Source: Octopus vulgaris (taxonomy: Eukaryota). From it: a stretch of DNA of 64,000 bases. Under the pieces are notes generated by a model. That model was not told the DNA's origin. It made no database searches and saw nothing but the letters and a program-made list of their open reading frames with translations. The number at the start of each line of letters is the position of its first letter. Positions within the stretch are counted from its first letter, which is position 1. The stretch lies in NCBI GenBank assembly GCA_951406725.2, contig OX597824.1:92938001-93002000 (forward strand), given 5' to 3'. Positions 56,234 to 64,000 of this stretch are shown one piece after another. The position numbers and the translations under genes are program-made.

Positions 56234-56749
56234 CCTCATTGATATAACAAGCTCCTTAATCCTCATTTGTTTAATATAATTCTTACTTTATTAACATATA
56301 TCAGCTGATAGTAAGGGTTTCAGTCTGTCTCCCTCAATTTGATTAACATTATCAATCATTATTTGTAGATATTGATTTATTCGCAGGTGCATATCTAATT
56401 ACATCTATTTGGATTTAGTAGGTGTATAGTTATTCACTATCGTGTCTTTTTAATTTTATTTATTTGAATTTATTAAAAGTATATTTAATTCTGCGTCGGC
56501 AACAAAATCCTTCTTCTTCCTTATTGTTCATTAATTTGCGCTTGAATGTAATTATCTGGAAAATTTCCTCAACGCATAAGCCATACATTTTTCTTCAAAT
56601 GATATAAGATTTTGACAACCATTATGTAAATAAATTGATTTATGAGGAAATAAATAAATAATCTTCCAAGCTGCTATGTCCATAATTTAAGGGTCACTTA
56701 AAAAAAAAAACTATCAAAATGGAACAAGAACAAAAAGAAACCCTTACTA

Positions 56750-57510
56750 TTAATATTTTTTGAAAATCTCTTTACTATCAGCGACATTCTGATATCTATT
56801 ACCACAGGACAGAATTACGTCCTTGTAAAATAAAGGAGTAATATTGTTCCATTTGTTTTTCAATAATTCCCAGACTTCATTTTGGCTCTTTGGATTTCTC
56901 CTTGGCGCCCCATCTCTATTAATCTTCCACTTCCCATACAATGACACTGCCTCCTCTATATTTCCCTGTCAGCTTGACACATGCACGAGGTAACCTTCAC
57001 CATTTCTTCATCGGTCAGACATTCCACCATCGGAACCAGTCATATTAAACTTCCATTCGTCGCTAAAACGAACCTGCAACCACTGTTCTTCTGTAAAAAC
57101 GACATATTCGTGAGCTAAACGAAGACGGTCTCTTTGATTCGTCTTGGGGATCAAAGGTTTCTTTGCCATTGCCCCAGCAAGCAACCAAAACTTCTCAGCC
57201 TCCGAGAAACTGTTTTGTGCGATACGTTGACATCGGAAGGGGAACTAAACTTGCGGGATATCTCAGCAGCACTTTTAAACCTATCCTTCACGGACATTCT
57301 AACCATAACACGATCCTGTCTTGGGGACATTTTACGAGGTCTACCGGTTTGGGGTTTAGCATCTGTCGATCCTGATGACTTGTAACGAGCTACAATTCGT
57401 GGCACAATACTTGTAGACCTTCCTACATAATTTGACTTGCCCTCTCGGTGAAGACACACCATTCTTTGTTTTTCGTCACAGGACACCAATCGTATTTAAA
57501 AAGCCGCCAT
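56750..57510 (-). mobile_element. Tc1-like transposase remnant, internally deleted
   Basis: HTH region GRSTSIVPRIVARYK..GRPRKMSPRQDR...VSHKTVSRRL, then KPLI...WLQVRFSDEWKFN, and C-terminal NPKSQNEVWELLKNKWNNI...SCGNR; TIRs not identified. Confidence 0.85.
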
Positions 57511-57799
57511 TTTTTCTGTTAACTGTTCCAATAATGTAAGCTCATAAGAAGTAACTGTTAGCCCATTAACAGTCCGCTACACAGTCTGCTAATCAACAAA
57601 TACTTCAGCTAGGCCGCTGCGATTTGGAAGATTGTTTGTTTATTTCATCATAACTTACAAAATATTTTTTTCAAATCACTTGAAGTTCTCACGAGAGATA
57701 TATATTAGATATATCTAAATTTGTGTAAAATAACTAGTCTCAATATATTGTTAATCTTCTATAATAACTATTGAAATATACTTGTTCTCACTGACCGCT

Positions 57800-57845
<46 letters not shown>

Positions 57846-58002
57846 AAATTAAGAGGAATGACCACCACAGTGGACACCTAATAAGCTAAATACAGACGTC
57901 AAATCGCCATTACCACGAAGAGTGTGTTCTCAAGAAAAATTTCAGCATAATGCCAAAATGTAAAAAGAGCAAGACAAATGAAAATATGCGAAATAAAAAA
58001 TG

Positions 58003-58074
58003 ATTACCTATGTACCATAGTTTCACTTGTCAATATTTACGTATGTAAATGTCTGCAAGCTCATCAGCGTAGTC
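58003..58074 (-). ncRNA. Decayed full-size type I hammerhead ribozyme
   Basis: Reverse complement GACTACG-CTGATGA-GCTTGCAGACATTTACATACGTAAATATTGACAAGT-GAAA-CTATG-GTA-CATAG-GTAATC has both core boxes and three stems, but the UH cleavage site is absent. Confidence 0.55.
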
Positions 58075-58246
58075 TGTCGCTTACGAAAATCAATTTCCAG
58101 AACAAGAAACAGAACGCTCGCCCTGAAAGAGAGCATGTATAAATATCTGCAAATTATATTTGGGGGTATTTTTCAAATGTCTCCATTTCGGTGCACTGAG
58201 GCCGGAAATAACTCTGCACTTAATAAATTTCAGCAGTTAATTTACC

Positions 58247-58478
58247 TATTTCTTTACTACCCAAAAGGGGCTAAACACAGAGACGATAAACAAGGACAGA
58301 CAAACGGATTAAGTTGATTATATCAACCCCAGTTCGTAACTGGTACTTATTTAATCGACCCCGAAAGGATGAAAGGCAAAGTCGACCTCGGCGGAATTTG
58401 AACTCAGAACGTAACGGCAGACGAAATACGGCTACGCATTTCGCCCGGCGTGCTAACGTTTCTGCCAGTTCGCCGCCT
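58247..58478 (-). mobile_element. Full-length SINE A with 19-bp TSD
   Basis: TTTC(A/G)GCAGTTAATTTACC at 58228-58246 and 58479-58497. Confidence 0.95.
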
Positions 58479-59003
58479 TTTCGGCAGTTAATTTACCGGT
58501 TAGAGAATATTGTTATTTAAAAATTAAATAATGAGGGTAGAAATTGATATTAATCAATTAAAACCAGTGGTTTAGCATACTTAAAAATTCCGAAGATTAA
58601 ATAATATATTACATACAAAATGAAGAGGTATGACCACCAACGTGGTCTCCTAATATCCTAAATATAAGCGTCAGATCGCCATTACCACGATAATCTCTCC
58701 AACAATCAGTTGCTCATACTTACGCCTCCAAGAACAGTTCCATAATTGCTTACACCTACAACTGAAGAGTTGTTGCTGCTGCTGTATCAAACAGTGAGGA
58801 GTCAGAAATAACAAAATCTAAATAAATAACGTTCCTTTAATTATATCTTTCTGAAGATACGATTTTTCGACGAAAATATAAACGATATTTTAGACTTTCT
58901 GCCTTGTTACAAGCTCTCTCATTATTTCTCTCTTCATTTATTTTCTTGTTCTATGTTACGATGATTCGAGCGAACTACAGCCCTCTTATACAAACATAGA
59001 AGC

Positions 59004-59328
59004 ATACATACATACATACATACATACATAATACATACATACATACATACATACATACATACATACATAATACATACATAATACATACATACATACATAC
59101 ATGCATACATACATACATACATACATACATAATACATACATACATACATACATACATACATACATACATACATAATACATACATACATACATACATACAT
59201 ACATACATACATTCATACATACATACATACATACATACATACATACATACATACATACATACATACATACATACATACATACATACATACATACATACAT
59301 ACATACATACATACATTCATACATACAT
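59004..59328. repeat. (TACA)n microsatellite
   Basis: Directly visible. Confidence 0.95.
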
Positions 59329-60149
59329 ATGTGTGTGTGTGTTGGAGATGGGTGTTCAGATCTATATGTATGCGTAAATATGCACGTATGCATGTATGTA
59401 TATATCTGCATATATATATATATATGATTGTGTTTTTGCCTTGTTAAAAATTAACACGTAGACAATAAATAAATAGTTACCAGGGTAGCAAAAAATGACG
59501 CAAGAGGAGAAGATTGCATCGTTTTATACCATTTATTCTTTTGAATAATATCAGTGGAATTTTCGAAACATGTGTCGAAAGTAAAAGAATTTGATTTATA
59601 CCTGCGTTAAACTCCATTTACATATATATATACAGTAATACTGAAATGAATATGAACTTAAACCCCGAATTGAAGAAAAACGAGATCCTTGGCATATGTA
59701 TTTGTATAAGATGTGTTTGGGTATACGTGACATATCGCTTGATTTGCTGGAAGTGATAAATTAGAGGACTCAATAAAAGTGTAGAGTATTCTTAAATAAA
59801 TTACAACTGAAAAATGCGCAATACATACATATATATATATATATATACACGTGTGTGTGGGTGGTGTTTGCGTGCGAGCGTGCATGCGTGGTGTATGTGT
59901 GTGTAGGTGTGTTCTTGTATACAGTTAAGTAAAACAAAAGTATAAAAGTTGGACAAGTGTTTGTTAATGACATCAAAAGTACTCATAAAAGAGTGACCTA
60001 CCTACCAATCATTTATCTTAGTGTGTTTTCATTCGATCGACCAGTGCATTGCCTATAGCAGACTCCTTTTTGGTCTTTTTTTGTCCGGAAACTGTCTCGC
60101 TTCGATTATAGGTCTATCTGTTCTCCTCCAAATAATTACAGTCACATTC

Positions 60150-60252
<103 letters not shown>

Positions 60253-60266
60253 TGTATGTATGTATG

Positions 60267-60767
60267 CACAGAAAAAATTTAGGCTCACACAAAAATATCA
60301 AAAGCAAAATGCAACCTAAATCATTGAAAAATATATTAACCACCGCAAGAATATATCCATTAACAACAGAACCAAAGTAGGAAATGTGGTAGATGACCCC
60401 ACCTTTTGGAGGGATCAGCTTTCCACTCTAAACAAGGTGAGATATTTAAGATTAAATCAAATTTCGCCTGTGCATCGGAGAATGTAATCTATGCAATTAC
60501 ATGCAATTACAGGGTGTGGTAATAATTATATTGGCCAAACAGGAATATCACTCCCTCGAAGAACCACTCTCCACAAAGAAAAAATTCTCCACCTACAATA
60601 CAGACAGATACAGTAAACACATAGAAAGGTGCACTAGGAAACTTAATCCTAATCTCCTAATTTTTCCCTTCTATCAATGTTCACAGAACACCTCAGTGCA
60701 ACAAAGGATGAATAAAGAGGCAACTTTCATCAATAGATATCTTCTCCAACTCAATATGAACACATAA
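60267..60767 (+). mobile_element. Penelope-like GIY-YIG endonuclease remnant (second PLE family)
   Basis: KMQPKSLKNILTTAR...IFKIKSNFACASENVIYAITC/GCGNNYIGQTGISLPRRTTLH...SKHIERC...IFPFYQC...RMNKEATFINRYLLQLN*, with frameshifts. Confidence 0.85.
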
Positions 60768-61208
60768 CATAATACAGGACACTACGAACTTTTCAATTAA
60801 TACCACTAAACCCCATACATCTATACACCATTAAAATTACAAATATATATATTCCCTAATTGCACCAAATCCAGAACTACTTGCCTCCCTTACACATAAT
60901 CGGTTTACTCAGGGACTAGTAGACCTCCCACCGTTCAGTAATCGGTGTGCATTCAAAGCAATGATGCGTAAATTTACGAAACAGATATGCTTTTGAATCT
61001 CTTTAACAGTTCACAATAATGATTTTTATCACTTTTATTCCTACCTAAGTTCATGTAATTGTATCGTTAATTTTCATAAAATGCCTTTAATTTTTTGATT
61101 TCCAATATGCGTTTTCGCTTATTTTTCTTCTTGCTTTCCACTTATATTTCCACGTGTAGTTTCTATTCTCTTTTTCTAACACATTTCTTTTATATATATA
61201 GCATATTC

Positions 61209-61302
<94 letters not shown>

Positions 61303-61404
61303 TATGTGTGTGTGTACCTATACATATATACATATAAATATCATAAACAAGATTGGGGAGAATTCGTTCAATTTTTTAAAATTCTTTTCTTCTCTAGGCA
61401 GAAG

Positions 61405-61574
61405 GAGGGAACCAGTCGATTTGAGCGACCTCAGTACGCATCTGGTACTTAATTTATCGACCCCGGAAGGATGAAAAGAAAATAGACCTCGGTTGAACTT
61501 AGAACGTAAAAACAGATGAAATACCGCTATGTATTTCGCCCGGTGTATTAATGTGTCTGCCAGCTCGCCGCCTT
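61405..61574 (-). mobile_element. SINE A copy
   Basis: CTGGTACTTAATTTATCGACCCCGGAAGGATGAAA...TCTGCCAGCTCGCCGCC. Confidence 0.85.
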
Positions 61575-61899
61575 CCATTTTTTTTATTACAGTATCATTT
61601 TCATTATGTCAGACTAGATAATGTCAGATTGCATTAGCAATCTGCTCGGATTCCAATTGCCTATAGCTTACATGCTTACAGAGATATATGCGAGTGAGTG
61701 AGGAAACGTAACGAAGCAGAATTCAACATATTTGCCATGATTTACTTCTATATTTAAGAACAGTTTTGACTGAACACCTTTTAAGATTTTGTATGTTTCA
61801 GTTAGGTTCATCTCATCAGGTGCTGGGAATTGAAGTGGAAGCTTTGACAGATATACAAAATGGTGTGCAGTTGTCAAGGCCTTTCATATCACTTAATGC

Positions 61900-62640
61900 T
61901 AAATCTATCGCAGTAACATCAACTATTTTCTTTTCTTTTTAGATCCGCCTTTCCTGACAAGATTTTCGCAGGTTGTTGGTGCTACTCTGGCGACATGCTG
62001 CTGCACAGAATATATCAGTGATATAAATTCCTTGTATTAGGGATGAGATGTTGGTGCAAGTTTGATTGACAATGATTACGGCGGCAACAATCTTTACGTA
62101 GGAATAACCAAACTTCATGAGACGGAAATAAGAACATGGCTGGGCTGCATTTCGGCAGCGTTTTTTCAATCCTTGCTGCCAGTGTTAATCGAAAATATCG
62201 ATGGTCATTTAAATTCCTTATTTTCGCCCTTTGTCTTTCACCATCCTCTTTGGTTTTCACACGGTATATTTTAGGTGTTGGGTTTTCACAGAAAAACTCT
62301 CAAGTACGTTTGAAATGTAACCGATATTTCTTATCACCATGTAGAGAAATCTCCTGCATGATCGTAAGCAAGATATTTAGCGCGGCTGAAGTAATTCGGA
62401 CGGAGAGACTCGGATGATGCTATTTCGATTTAATAATCAGTTAATTCCCACTTTATTTTCCGTGTATAGTGGTTTTGTTTTAATGCAATCTCCAGAGAGA
62501 AGCGACGTGTGATATTTGACGGATGTCCTGTAACCACCTATATTCAAGGGATGTTACTCTATTTAGCAACAGTCTCACCACTATACATATTCTTGTAGCG
62601 GCCCCGCGTAATATGAAGCGTGATTCTTCTGGTTACCTGT
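61900..62640 (-). mobile_element. Ancient Ingi/Vingi-like LINE RT remnant
   Basis: Decayed motifs in the expected order: TRRF..IAL, LRPN, TYLRVFL (KYLGV.L), RNAA, VNQTCTNISSLI (LN.TCRIITGCL); many stops. Confidence 0.4.
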
Positions 62641-62888
62641 AATTCATAAACCTTATTTTCTAATTTCTTCTTTACAAATATCATTTGCTTTCTTCCGTCT
62701 AACTAAAACCATTGGTACAGTGGAATATTAAAATTAGATCCTGGCTGTTCTCCTCTACAGCATTCGAGCCTGATTCAATGTATGTTCCCTGCGGTATTTC
62801 TATGTGATGTGTTGATCGGAAATTGCATTAGTTCGCCTCCGTGAATTTCTACAGATGATGATTTCCTTCACCATCATCACCCTCATGA

Positions 62889-62889
<1 letters not shown>

Positions 62890-62930
<41 letters not shown>

Positions 62931-63072
62931 ACATAGACACACACACACACACACAGACACATCCTGTTGTCAACAGTTTCATTATCATGAACAGCAGCAG
63001 TATCATTATTATCATCAAACCCCCTCCTCCTCCTCATCCTCCTCACCTTCATCATCATCATCATCATCGTTG

Positions 63073-63120
<48 letters not shown>

Positions 63121-63245
63121 ACGTAGTCATCATTTTTATCATCTGTCAACAACGTGAAAACAGATTACATTTCAATACCATCATCATCATCATCATCATC
63201 ATCATTGAGATCGTCATGACAGCCACCTACATCCACCACCACCAC
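62890..63245. repeat. (CA)n and (CAT)n microsatellites
   Basis: Directly visible. Confidence 0.9.
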
Positions 63246-63314
63246 ATACATTGCTCCTTCCGCGTCCACCACTCCTATCACACCACAATAATAATCAACA
63301 TCACAACAACGCCG

Positions 63315-63760
63315 TTTCTTCTTCTTTTATCTTCTTCTTCACTTTATTCTTCTTCTTCTTCTTCTTCTTCTTCTTCTTCTTCTTCTTCTTCTTCTTCTTC
63401 TCCTTCTTCTCCTTCTTCTTCTCCTTCTTCTCCTTCTCCTTCTTCTCCTTCTTCATCTTCTTCTTCTTCTTCTTCTTCTTTTTCTTCTTCTTCTTCTTCT
63501 TCTTCTCCTTCATCTTCTTCTTTCTCCTTCTTCACCTTCTTCTTCTTCTTCTTCTTTCTCGTCTTCTTCTTTTTCTTCTTCTCCTTCTTCACCTTCTTCT
63601 TTTTCTCCTTCTTCTTCTTCTTTTTTTTCTTCTTCTTCTCCTCCACCTTCATCTTCTTCTTCTTCTTCTTCTTCTTCTTCTTCTTCTTCTCCTTCTTCAC
63701 CTTCTTCTTCTTCTTCTTCTTCTTCTTCTTCTTCTTCTTCTTCTTCTTCTTCTTCTTCAT
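63315..63760. repeat. About 445-bp (TTC)n/(GAA)n polypyrimidine tract
   Basis: Directly visible. Confidence 0.97.
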
Positions 63761-64000
63761 TTCGATCTGTATATTTTCTTCTTCGCTGCGCACACCAATA
63801 TGGTTATTAACATATGTCAAAAATTATATATTTTATAATGATAAAAACAAGGTTATCGAAAGAGGAAATTGAATTTGGAAAGCCTGCTTTTTTTGTCTCT
63901 AAAAACGCAGACATATTTACACAACATACACACAGAAACATGCAAACACACACATACATATATCAACAAATATATCTATGTAACGTGTATATATATATAT

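Noticed and set aside
61925-62040. Strong splice-acceptor-like TTTTCTTTTCTTTTTAG
   Set aside because: All three frames close quickly, and the region is better explained as the antisense of a decayed LINE.
63216-63872. Poly-K/E/F/S ORFs
   Set aside because: Translation of (TTC)n.

Overview
AT-rich, microsatellite-saturated eukaryotic DNA. The SINE repertoire and repeat landscape look like a coleoid cephalopod, probably Octopus (inference from recall, not a database search). I found no convincing host protein-coding gene, only a few weak exon candidates, so this is probably a large intron or intergenic region. Most entries in the supplied ORF track are translations of microsatellites. The real content is transposable elements: at least five tRNA-derived SINE families; 3' ends of R4/Dong-type (RLE) LINEs stacked in (TAA)n arrays; a young Tx1/L1-type LINE end inside a (GATA)n array plus two older copies; Penelope-like RT and GIY-YIG remnants with hammerhead-ribozyme-like motifs; CR1-, RTE- and Vingi-like remnants; a deleted mariner, a Tc1 remnant, a hAT MITE and two long palindromes. 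The most interesting pattern is a SINE that shares its 3' tail with the Tx1-type LINE, has no poly-A tail, makes 17-19 bp target-site duplications (TSDs) beginning GGWA, and appears to insert repeatedly at one exact position inside older copies of itself.
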